A DNA stretch of 64,000 nucleotides, from assembly GCA_012295275.1 (NCBI GenBank), contig CM022678.1, positions 12,524,001-12,588,000 on the forward strand. The letters are read 5' to 3'. A program made the translations under genes and the position numbers. Below the pieces are notes generated by a model, which saw only the letters and a list, made by a program, of their open reading frames with translations, was not told the DNA's origin and ran no database searches. Positions 12,894 through 24,769 of this stretch are shown here, piece by piece. Positions within the stretch are counted from its first letter, which is position 1. Every line of letters begins with the position of its first letter. Source of the DNA: Chrysomallon squamiferum. Its lineage: Eukaryota > Animalia > Mollusca.

Positions 12894-13225
12894 AAATTTG
12901 AATAATAAATTTAAAAAGGAATATAATAATAATAATAATAATAATAATAGTTGTTGTAATTATCATCATCTTTATTTTCATCATCATCATCTTCATCATT
13001 ATGAACCTAATTTTTATTAATATTATTATTTATAATTTGTTTATTTTTTATTTAGGTGCTATTCGTGACATAACCGGAAGTTACAATCTGATGCTTTATG
13101 GGATTTCCGCCATTCTGATGATGAGTGGGCTCATTAAGTTATATTTAGCTTGGCTAAATTCAAAACATCCAATCAAACAGCCTGGTCCATATGTGTCTCC
13201 TGAAACAATAACCAGCAAACTCTGA
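10497..13225 (+). CDS. SLC16/monocarboxylate-transporter-like MFS protein, copy 1 (exons 10497-10674, 11056-11199, 11425-12783, 13056-13225; 616 aa)
   Basis: All introns are GT-AG and phase 1, and the spliced length of 1851 nt is in frame. MCT-family signatures: RYVVLGACF in TM1, LLEEYGWRGTFLLLSG, a large hydrophilic TM6-7 loop, and GPMGGAIRDITGSY before TM12. Confidence 0.9.
12804..12892. repeat. (AG)n microsatellite in intron 3 of copy 1; paralogous tract at ~19802-19865
   Basis: Pure AG run directly after the exon-3 donor in both paralogs. A (CT)n(GT)n tract likewise follows the stop in both copies (13228-13313, 20221-20330). Confidence 0.95.
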
Positions 13226-13309
<84 letters not shown>

Positions 13310-16265
13310 TGTGTAAATAAGTACGTATATATGTATGGACGGATGTATTTGTGTGTGACTGTGGGTGTGATTTTGTAGATTTTCTCCACAAGTGATAAAA
13401 CTCATTTATGCACAATCTGCTTTCTTACACAGAAAACATTCAGTCCTCGGAAAAGATTTGTACATTCCATGATCTATTTTTAGAAAATGGAAATTCGTTA
13501 TTTTCTGATTAAAACGGAAGTTAATATGAAACTTATTAGTTGTTTTTATTCTGCCATTTTTATATACTGTTATGTTATCTTACGTTATGTTAAGGTGTTT
13601 AGTAGCGTGTTGGATTTTGTTGTATGTATGCTGTTACAACTATAAACAAAATACCATCTTGTATGTAACTGATTAGTCACTGAACACATACATATCTACT
13701 CCATCCAAGCAGACACAAAACATTCTGCTAACACCGTACTCTACACCATCATCAAAGAACAAAACAAAACAAAAATAGAATGTCCAAACAGCCCAGCCCC
13801 CGAAAACTTTCACAATACACAATTACCCCACCCAGGTTACCGCCAGACCCACAACTCTGTCACCACACAACACTAAATAACTTCTGATACTATGTCTGAT
13901 ACTGCCGCCATATTTACCAGACACGCATACAAAACATTATCACACCACCCAAATTATCTGTCTCCTGTTACTTTTCTCTCCAACAAATTTGCTTGTCAGC
14001 GATTTCAGAGATAAAGAGTTTTAAAAAATAAAAAATAAAAAAAAAAAAAAAACCCACTTTTTTTTAAATAAAAGAAAAATCGTTTTGTTAGTAGAAAACG
14101 GATCTTTAATCTTTAATAATTAACTGGGCAAGGCTATGTCAAAGATCAAGATTAGAAAAGTATTTTGTCGTAAGTCAAGTTATATATTATGTAATAGTAG
14201 TAGCAGTATATAATTCATTAAATACGTGTCATCAATCAAAAGTAGATGTCTGAGATTCTGTAACGTATTTAAATATCAAAATTAGCAGTCAGTTCACACT
14301 TTGTAATTAGAACACAGTAAAACTTCACCTTACACAGAACATGTTTGTGCGTGTGTGAGTGTGTGATATTTAGCTATGTATCTACATGGTTAGACTTATC
14401 ACGTAGTTTGAAACGGTTGTTAAGAAAGTATGCCACACCAAGTACTCCATCAATCGAAGCCCATATTGTAAATAGTAACTTCCAGCTAACTTTAAATCGT
14501 TATAATAATAATACTAACACAAAAGTAATAATAATAATAAGAAGAAGAAGAACAAGAAGAAGAAAAATAATTTTGATCATGATAGGACGCTTTCAATTAC
14601 ACTTTTAACTATAGTATTATTTACATAGCTGATTGGTAAATATATGTACCTTTCTCTCTCTTATTTTGTATTTATTTATTTATTTTAATTTTATATGCGA
14701 GTGTAGGTGTGTACGCGTTTACAGATATCTATATATCTACTTCTCGCTATTTATTTATTTGCTGTAATTATATAATTATATATATATATATAGGATAAGG
14801 TGAATACATTTAGAGATCGGCCAGCGTTATTTTCATCAACTCACATTTTTTATAAAACATGTGACCAACTGTTTGAACAGCTGCAAAAACGCATTGTTTT
14901 ACTGTTCTGATTAGAGGCTGACAGTAAACACAGTTCTTTTCAAACTTGTATACAAATTAAATTAGTTCAAATTGACGTGATAACTGACTATACAGAATTA
15001 CAATTAACAGACCAACGTAAGTAGAGTTCCGAGACTCGAGAAAGCAGGCTGCAAGAATTCGTGAATAAACATAAAAATAAAACTTTTGTTAAATAATTTC
15101 ATCACTAATGACATCAATCTCTATGCAATATTTTGTTAAGGTCCTGTTTTATTAGAAACAGAATATTGATGTATAAATGTAGATGTTCCATTTTATGTAT
15201 GTTATGTCGTATTGTCTCATTTGCCGTGATGTGTCTAGAACGGTGGCTGGAAAAAAAGTCACAATTTAGTATAGGAAAACAAAATCACAGGAAAAAAGTC
15301 ACAAAATGTATGGGTTTCTAGAGTATTGAATGTGGCACCATAGTATGCATGGGGTAATTGTTAAGCTTATTGATTAGATAATTAGGCTAGATTAACGAAA
15401 GAGGCTTCATATTGTGTCACACATTTAACGTCTCATTTGAAATATAACAAGGTAGTGTGTCAGTATAAATACTCTATACCACGAATGTCCTGTGACTGTC
15501 AGATTCAGGTGTCCAGTATTCATTTTTAGATCCGACAGTTTTGAAGTTATTTAATAAAAGTAATAAATAATACTAATAACTGTTTTATTTTGACTTTTAT
15601 GGGAATCATAGAGGGATGAAGTCAATTCTCATAGAAACATGAAAGCACACCCATTATTTATATGCAGCATTTTAAGCCAGAGATTCATTGTTAGAAAATT
15701 ATAGAAACATCATATATGTTACGCTTTCAGATTTTACGTAAAAACTGTGCGGCCATAGTGCCAGTGATGTTATAAGATCAGAAAGTTTGCGCACCCGTGG
15801 TTTAGAGGGAAAATTGACTTCTAGCCTAGCGTAAACCCTGCATAGCTAAAACTTTCTGTTACACGATGGACATGACAAAAACTCTTCTATTAATTTTGCT
15901 TTAGAAAGTTTCATACGTTGCCGTTTTTTAGGTTGCTCTTCCATTACGACTAATTCAACAAGACAATGAAAAATGTGCGCCATACTTATTTAAGGAGAGT
16001 TCTGCTTTTGACAGTAGATCTAAATGAGTGAATTCACTTATGTATCAATACACAGTAATAATAATCTTGTTCATTTAGCTGCATGTAGTAATTTCATGAA
16101 GTATTGCATCATTATTTATTAATCCTTCGAACAAGCACGATCTATTTATCTCACGCGGTAGCCTAATTACGTGAAAACTGCCGCTATTGTTTAAGACACG
16201 ATGGTATTTGCCAATGTTGACAAAATTAATTACCATACAGCTTGTATTTTAACTTTTTTAATTTT

Positions 16266-16301
<36 letters not shown>

Positions 16302-16632
16302 TGTTTATATATATATATATTTTTTTTGGTTCTGTAATTTACACCCGAAATTCGAAGCACACAATAATAATCACTTTATTATCATAAACTGTAGGATTAC
16401 GTACGGAGAAGAATGCAATTGAGATGTGTAATACAAAATTAAAATGCACATCCGGATTAAACAGGGTTTTGTTCATAATAGATTAATGATAGTTGGACTG
16501 GACTTTGGAGTGGTGACGGTTTAAACAGAAATCCGGATTAGTCAAATGACAGTTTTCACAGAGTAATCTCTTTATATATATATCTATATATATATATATA
16601 TGTATTATTAACACTCCAATCTCTTCGTTACT

Positions 16633-17780
16633 ATGGTCATGACGTCAAAATATCGTTACGTCGTGCTTGCGGCGTGTTCTCTAGTAAACTTCATCGCTCT
16701 GGGTTATGCTGTTGGTTTGGGAGTCATCTTCATCAAGTTAATCAGCCATTTTGGCACGAGCAGAGCAGAAATGGCCACCTTGCAGTCGTTCTGCGATGGC
16801 TTAATTTTCGCAGGGGGTAAGAATGTGACGTAATTAAAAACGATGATGAAAATCACCTGGCTTTCTTCGTTTTGATAATGTTCTGGTTAGCTTTCTTCTA
16901 TTGTTGTTGGTGATGATGTTACTTTTATAATAACTACAAATTACTGATCTTACTGTTGCAATTACTACTATTGTATTATTACTACGATTATTACTATTTT
17001 ACCACTTATATTATTACTACTGATATTACTAATACTACTGTTGTATTATTACTAGCACTACTATTACCACTTTTGATATTAATACCACTTATGTTATTAC
17101 TACTGCTATTACTGTTAGTTACCAATGTACTATTTCTACTACTATTAATATTACTACCACTATTGTTATTACTACTGCTATTACTGGCTGCTACTACTAT
17201 TACCATTACTATAACTACAACTACTACTACTGCTACTACTGTTACTGTTACTACACCTATTACTACTGCTGATACTACTGTACTATTACTATTGCTATTA
17301 CTGGCTGCAACTATTGTACTATAATCACTATTATTACTATTACTAATGCTATCACTACTGTACTATTATTACTACTATTACTATTGCTGCTCCTAGTACT
17401 ATTACTGCTACCACCAGTATTACAACTACTATTAAAAATGATATTAGTACTGTTGCTATTACTACTGTTATTACTGCTGCTACTACTGTACTATTACTAA
17501 TGCTGCTCCTAATACTATTACTGCTACCACTACTACCACTACTACTACCATCACCACTATTACAACTACTACTAATAATAATGATATTACAACTACTACT
17601 AATAATAATGATATTACTACTACCATTACTACTGCTGCTACTACTTTTACTACTGCTGCTGCTGTTGCTATTATTATTTCTACCGTTACTATTGCTACTA
17701 CTACTACTACTATTATTACCATTATTACTATGAAGACTGAATTTATTAAGAAAATTTCATTAAATATTTATCTATTTTTA

Positions 17781-17821
<41 letters not shown>

Positions 17822-19800
17822 GCAGCCTTGGTTGCTTCCCCTTTCGTCCGATGGTTGGGACCGACGGTGTGTTGCATTGTGGGAGGCTTTGTGTCTGGTT
17901 CCTGTGTTCTGGCTGCTGCTTTTGTGTCGAGTACACCAGGTCTGATCGTTTTGGTTGGGCTTGTGACAGGTATGTATCTGTGATATTTGTTAACTTTTGT
18001 GTTGGCCCAAATAAGGATGCATATATTTAAATCCTTTTTGTTTCTGTGAATGATTGTTTTGTTTGTTGTTTTTCTTATTATTATCATCACGCAGCAAAGG
18101 CTACTGAAATAATTAATCCTGCTACCCACATTACTATTGCTGCTGCTGCTGCTGCTACTGCTATTAAAACACTAAAATTATTATATTTATAACATTATTA
18201 TTATTGTTGTTGTTGTTGTTGTTGTTATTGTTGTTGTTGTTTTTGTTGTTGTTGGTCTATTGTTGTTGTTGTTATCATTTTCAGGATTCAGTCTTTGTTT
18301 CTGTCACCTGGTGTCCTACCTCACAATCAGTCAGGTATTCTGTGATAGGTCTGGATTCGGGGAAGCGGTGGTAACGGCTGGAGGGGGTCTGGGTATGTTC
18401 TGTATGCCAATAGTGAACCATTATCTAATGGAGGAGTACGGGTGGAGGGGGACGTTTCTCTTGCTCAGTGGTTTTCTCTACAACATCTGTATGCTTGGAA
18501 TGGTCACGCACACTTTTAAACAAAAGTATTTCCAGGCCGAACGCGAAGAAAGAATTACAGACTGTCGGAAAGCACAAGACATAAAACAATCTAGTAAAAC
18601 TGAGGTAGAAGTAAGTTGTCATAGAGATCAGCAGAAGGAAATCGAGAATAATTTGACAGATTCTCGATTTGTTCAAAACACAAAACATGACGTTAAACAC
18701 TCCAGTCAAATTCCCTCGGAAACGAATTGCAATGGAGACCAACAGGAGTATAGCGACAAAAGTGTTCATTTGAAGCATACTTCAACAGATTCTCAATTAC
18801 CTAATAAAACGAAAGATGATGTAAGACAATCTGCAGGGGATCAGCATGGTTGTCCTGGAGACCAATCCAAATCTTATGACGTACAACAAGAACAAAATGA
18901 TAAAGACAAGAAAGCAGATTACGAAGCTGATGAAAATTGTCAAGTAGACAAAGACGAAAATGATTTGAGAAGTCAACGTGACGCTGATTACGATGGTAAA
19001 AACAGAATTAATATTCAAACAGTGTGTGTAAGTTACAGCAGTACAAGTGTGTGTCTCGGTGAAGTGATAAAACAAGAACATGATGAATCTGACACGAGTA
19101 AACAAGACACGTGTAGAAATCTTCCTGGTCGTTCAGGTGAAGAAAATTTGTCTTTTGAAAACGATGAGAAACTTTGTAGAAACAATCAGAAAGTGATTAC
19201 TACAAATGGTAACCAGGCAACGAAGCAAACAGGCGAGAAACACGAAGATACAGCTTGCACGAAAGTCTGCTTTGAAGAGTCAAATGCAGTTCGACGCGAG
19301 AACAGGATGAGGACTCTGTATACATATTTGGGCTTGAAGGTTTTCAAAAAGATAAGATTTACAGTCCTTCTTTTAGAACAAATTCCGATGTGGCTGTGTC
19401 TAAAATCCGAACTGTTTCTCATAGTAGACGTAGTCATAGAAAAAGGATACGATTTGGAATCAGGTTCTTATTTCCTCTCTGCCTTCTCCATTGCATCTGT
19501 TACAGGGAATCTGTTTGGTGGATACATAACGTCCATTTTTAATGTTCGTGGTTTATCACTGGCTGGAGCATCTGCTTGCTGCGGAAGCGCACTTGCTTTG
19601 GCCATCTCCTTCGTTGGTGATTTCATCCCGCTGATGCTCTTGGTGGTTTTGGCGGGATTCTGTTTCGGTCTTATCGCGCTGTGTCTTCCGGTGATGGTTC
19701 TAGAACTGCTTGACGCAGACGTCTACGCTACGTCACTTGCACTTCTGTTTGGGACGTCTGGATTTTCAAACCTTATGAGTGGGCCGATGGGTGGTTAAGT

Positions 19801-19866
<66 letters not shown>

Positions 19867-19892
19867 AAATTCAAATTATAAATTAAAAAGGA

Positions 19893-19930
<38 letters not shown>

Positions 19931-20212
19931 GTAGTAGTAGTAGTATTTGTATTAGTATTATTTATTAGTATTTCTATTATTATTACTATTCTTTTTGTTA
20001 TCATCATCATTATCATCATCTTCGTCATCAACTTAATTATTATTATTTTGATTTAAGGTGCTATTCGTGACGTAACCGGAAGTTATACTCTGATGTTTTA
20101 TGGCATTTCCGTCATTCTGATGATGAGTGGGCTCATTAAGTTATATTTAGCTTGGTTAACTTCCAAACATCCAATCAGGAACCTGGTCGATTTGTACGTC
20201 ATGAAACCGTGA
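16633..20212 (+). CDS. SLC16/MCT-like MFS protein, tandem copy 2, possibly degenerating (exons 16633/16639-16816, 17826-17969, 18285-19793, 20058-20212)
   Basis: Same exon structure as copy 1 and highly similar sequence. Exon 3 is 150 nt longer. The exon-3 donor is GTTAAGT (copy 1 has GTAAGT), with an in-frame TAA on read-through. The exon-4 acceptor is AAG, and a 1-nt deletion shifts the C-terminal tail to the TGA at 20210-20212. Confidence 0.8.
16920..17730. repeat. Expanded cryptic trinucleotide repeat (TAC/TAT/TGC) in intron 1 of MCT copy 2
   Basis: ~800 bp of degenerate ACT/ATT/GCT triplets. The intron is 1009 bp versus 381 bp in copy 1. This tract is the source of the poly-L/T/V ORFs in the track. 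Confidence 0.9.
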
Positions 20213-20218
20213 AGAATA

Positions 20219-20286
<68 letters not shown>

Positions 20287-21657
20287 GTGTTTGTGTGTGT
20301 ATCTCTGTGTGTGTGTGTGTGTGTGTGTGTGGTTATCTCTCTGATGTGTATATTCATTATAGCGGAATAAAGTTGAGAAAATAAAAGTCTGTACTAAATG
20401 ACAAAAAGAATGACAGTTTCCATGCGTCTTTGTTTCACAATATGATAACAACAACAACAATAATAATACATAAAAATAACAATACTAATACTAACAACAT
20501 TAACAACAACAATTATTATAATAATAATGTGTTTCTTCTTTTCTTCTACTTCCATTTTCGTCGTCGTCTTCTTCTTCTTCTTTCTTTATTTATTTACTGA
20601 AACGAACAAACTGAGAAACAATACAAATGTTTTCACATGTGTTTACATAGAGATAACACAAACGTAAAGTCTATATGTATATATATATCAGTGAGATACA
20701 TCATGTATCACATACGATAATCATAATGTGATATGTTTTATTATCTCAAATTTACACTTATTAAAAAGTACAGCTATGAAATCTCAGAATCATGTTATAA
20801 ATTCTCTTTCCATTTCCATATATAATATGGAGAGCATTCTTACTGATATGCCAAATTTCGGGTATGTGTATAACAACTGTTATATTTTATGAACTCCAGA
20901 CTGATGTGATAGTTATATCTGTATTATTATTTTAACATTTTGACATGATGATAGTAATTTATATGACAGTAGTAGTTGTAATATAAAAAGCAGGAGTAGT
21001 CTTAAGTATAGTATGATTTACGTTAGTAACAGCAGTAGTTGTAACAGTACCTGTGTGATGGGACCTCATCAGTGCCTCTTTGACTGACTTGTTTTAATTG
21101 TAATTTGGTTTTCTTTGTAGTGAATTATAGAATATTCACAAAATCTTTATTTTTATATGTCCAGGTAAAGCAGAATGTCTGCTACCTGTTATCTTAAATA
21201 TCTTATTATATTACGGTAATATTTATTTAGCTATCTTGTATAATCATGTTTATAATTTATATTTTACAGTTCTTAACTGATTACCTAATTAACGACAGAA
21301 AATGGAGGTATATATATATACACAAAAACTAAATGTGCAGACGTACATTGGCTATTTAGAAACTGTATTATAGAATTAAGAAACACTTTATAATCCTAAT
21401 AAAAGGGGGTATATTTTGTACATCGCGCTAATTAACTATTTGGAAGAAATAAAAAATATACTTCCAAAAAAATGTACGGATCAAAAATTGCCCTTTTTGT
21501 ACACATTCGAAATAATGTCTAGTAAACAAACTTCAACACATGAACGAATAAAAGTCAGCTTAAAATGTTTCGTTTTTCAGTTGAGGTAACAAATTTACAT
21601 TTAACAATGGAAAACTCGGTAACATAAATTATTATTCTGCAAACATACTACCATGCC

Positions 21658-22059
21658 CATTGCCTGATTTATTGTGCTAGTCGCCCATAGGCTATAGAAA
21701 TTTTACCGCCCCCTCTTCAAGCCCACTTCACCCTTCCCACTTTATTTATTATGAAATATATGATTTTTTATAATTTATGGAAAAGCGCAAAATTCTTACT
21801 GAAAAAGCGCACACCTCAAAAAATATCAGTATTTTTACAAAATTTCTGTCCTGTAGGTATTTATTCTTAGTCATAATAATTTAAGTGAATTAGGTCGACT
21901 CGATAATTTAGCGCACAATCTTGACAAAAAGCGCCCAATTGTGCGCGAAAGCCGCACAGTTGGCAACACTGGCCAGTAATAATTTGCATAAACTCCGCCC
22001 CTATCATCCTGCCGCCCTATGCTCTAGCCTAGAAGGCCTATGTGGGAAATCCGGCCTTG
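21658..22059. mobile_element. hAT-type non-autonomous element with 8-bp TSD, containing the end of a second element
   Basis: Left end CATTGCCTGATTT versus right-end reverse complement CAAGGCCGGATTT. Flanked by ACCATGCC (21650-57) and ACCACGCC (22060-67). Internal GTTGGCAACACTG (~21959-71), preceded by repeated AAAAGCGC, looks like a second element's terminus. Confidence 0.7.
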
Positions 22060-22837
22060 ACCACGCCTCACCACTCTGACATTAGAGCAATATAATAAGT
22101 GTTCATCATATTACTAAGATGTAACTGTTATATTATCACTATTTATCGAGTGAAACCAACAACAACATATCAGAAGTTATATCTGTTGTTTCAATTGTCA
22201 ATAAAATATAGGCATGGCCTTTACAAGTTTCCATACTTTTCTAGAGGTCGCGCGTTCTTAATATTGCAACAGTATGACCGTGTATAGCCTAGTTTTGATT
22301 GTCAACCAGACGACACCGGATAACCCTCAGAGCAGATTGTTTTCGTGTGTACAAAGTACTGCTGCTGTTTATAAGCATGAGGGTGTCAGTGAAATCGTAG
22401 TCTCTGTTATTTTATAACAAATAAGTGAAGCTATGAATACTTACCCAAAATTTTGACATTTCGCAAAAATTATTCACCGGCAATACAAAGTGTTTGCCTG
22501 TCATCACATTTATATTAATAAACCAGGTGGTATTGTCGTGCTAAACCGCAAACGTAAATGCTGCGATATCGTGGAACTCGCGATATCTTCTTCATCTTCT
22601 TCTTACCATCATCATCATCATTATAAACTCTTATAAAAGGGGCCTTTAACGTCTTCCGTTCATAATTTCATTTTATTTAGAAAAATTGCTTTCGCTATGT
22701 TGTTATTTTGTTATCGAGTTATGTGATCTTTTTCGTGTTGTTACCATCATCATCGTTTCTTCTTCAGTGGATGATGTCAGCATCAGTATCATCGTTATTA
22801 TTAATTTATTTTTATTTGTTGCTTTTACATTAGCTGC

Positions 22838-22881
<44 letters not shown>

Positions 22882-24769
22882 TGGTGTCGTTATAAAGAAA
22901 GAAACAATTTCTTTATCTCTTTGTCTAATTTAAATCAAGAAAAAATTAACAAAAAGGAACCCTTTCAACGTTATATAACACAAACATTATAGAGTAAATA
23001 TGTAGAAAGTATAGAACTGTATAGCATTATTTGTATATTAATTCTGATAACCTTAGTATTTATATAGTGAAGTATAGTGAAGAACTGTCTTGGTAGCAGT
23101 GGATTATCAACCAATTATTAACAGAACAGCGTATGTAGCAACAGTTTTAGTACAGCTTGACAGTAACTCTTTTATCTGTATTAGTATAAAATAACTGTAG
23201 TTGTAGTAGTAGTAATCATAATAACACTTTTAGTAATAAAGGTACATTTACTGTGCTTTTTAGTGTGTGTGTGTGTGTGTGTGTTAATGAGATATGTCCT
23301 TAATGAAAGTAGCTGAAGTATTAGTATAGTGGCAGTAACAGAAGTAATATTATTAACTGCATTAATAGTAGTATAATAACAGTCTTAGCAACAACCCTAA
23401 TGTAACAGTTTTAGCCGAACAGGTTATTCAGTGTATGTCATGTTTTTTTGTTGACTGTGTAATTGTACTGTCTTTTTCATTACCATTATTAGACATTCTG
23501 CATTACAAAGTTTTACAAGGCTAAATAAATCTGATATTTAATTAGGTACACAAGGTACTTAATTAGCTAATTACAAGTATTAGTAAAGCTGTCAACTTTT
23601 ATTTTTGATGTTGACCTAATCAAGCAGTAGAAAATGAAATAAGAGGTTAGAGTATCTGAATCTAAAATGATAAGAAATGTCACAATTACCAGTTGATCTA
23701 TCTTTCATTAATCAGTGGGTACAGCTAACAATACCAGCAATTTACAGGTAATGTTTAGAAGATGTGATATTAAGGACATGGATGAGTAAAAGCATCAAGA
23801 GGTGTTACGTATATCTGTTTTCACAGAGAGGCTACATTTAATTACAAGCAAATTTCCATCATTTCTCAAGAAGTGGCCTTTCTTTCAAAATGATGTGCTA
23901 GTATAGAGAAAGCTAATTACAATACTAATTTTTCGTAAGTTCTTTGCTCTTCTGTTATCCTTTGATTGATTCACTAAACTTCCTACTTATAATATTTCCA
24001 GCTGACTACATAGGCATGCATTAAAGCAGGAGTGGCTGATACCAGTACAGATGTATGGACTGATGGGTTGCTATATATAAAGTGTTTTGTAGAAACATGA
24101 CACTGAATATTTTAAATATAATAATTTAAAAAATATAATGATTATTATATCAAAGTCTAGATGAATTAATGATTTCTTTTCCTTTCTGTTGTATGTATTT
24201 TTAAGCATGTGTCATTTTGGACTATGCAAAAGCAGCTGTGCAACATGAAATTAAATTGACAACCTTGAAAAGGACTTTGACAGTAAATTAAAATGGAGGA
24301 CAGATTAACAGTCAAAGGAAGAGAAAGGTAAATTCTTAACACAAATAATTATGCGGTATTCCAGTGGGAACTATTATAGAGGCAAATAATTTGGAATACA
24401 TTTCTTTATAACATTATTCTATTTTCAGCTTTTTGACTTGTATTGTGGAATGTATTTGTTATAATAATTTTAAAATATTGTCCTAAGTGTTTATAATGAA
24501 CTCCATTTTGTTTCACAAAAGGCATGGAATAGTTCTACAATTATCTGTGTAGACATTTTCTGAGAACATGAATGCTTGCACACATTTTGTAAATAAGGAC
24601 CCTGATTAGACTGTTTCACTGTTTTACCTTTTATATTACCACTGGTGATTAATCAACATATTGCATTTAGGTATGCATTAAGATTTGTAATTACTTATGT
24701 TTATCACAAACAAATTTTGTACTTTCTTTGGCATCTGCTTCACAAACCCATTTCCTTAAATTTGTTAAT

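Noticed and set aside
15240-16560. GGAAAAAAGTCACA repeats and CCGGATTA/TTAAACAG motifs as intact transposons
   Set aside because: Probably MITE fragments, but no paired termini or TSD could be defined.
16956-17733. Poly-Leu/Thr/Val ORFs (also poly-Y, ER, SL, HT and CV ORFs elsewhere)
   Set aside because: These are translations of intronic microsatellites.
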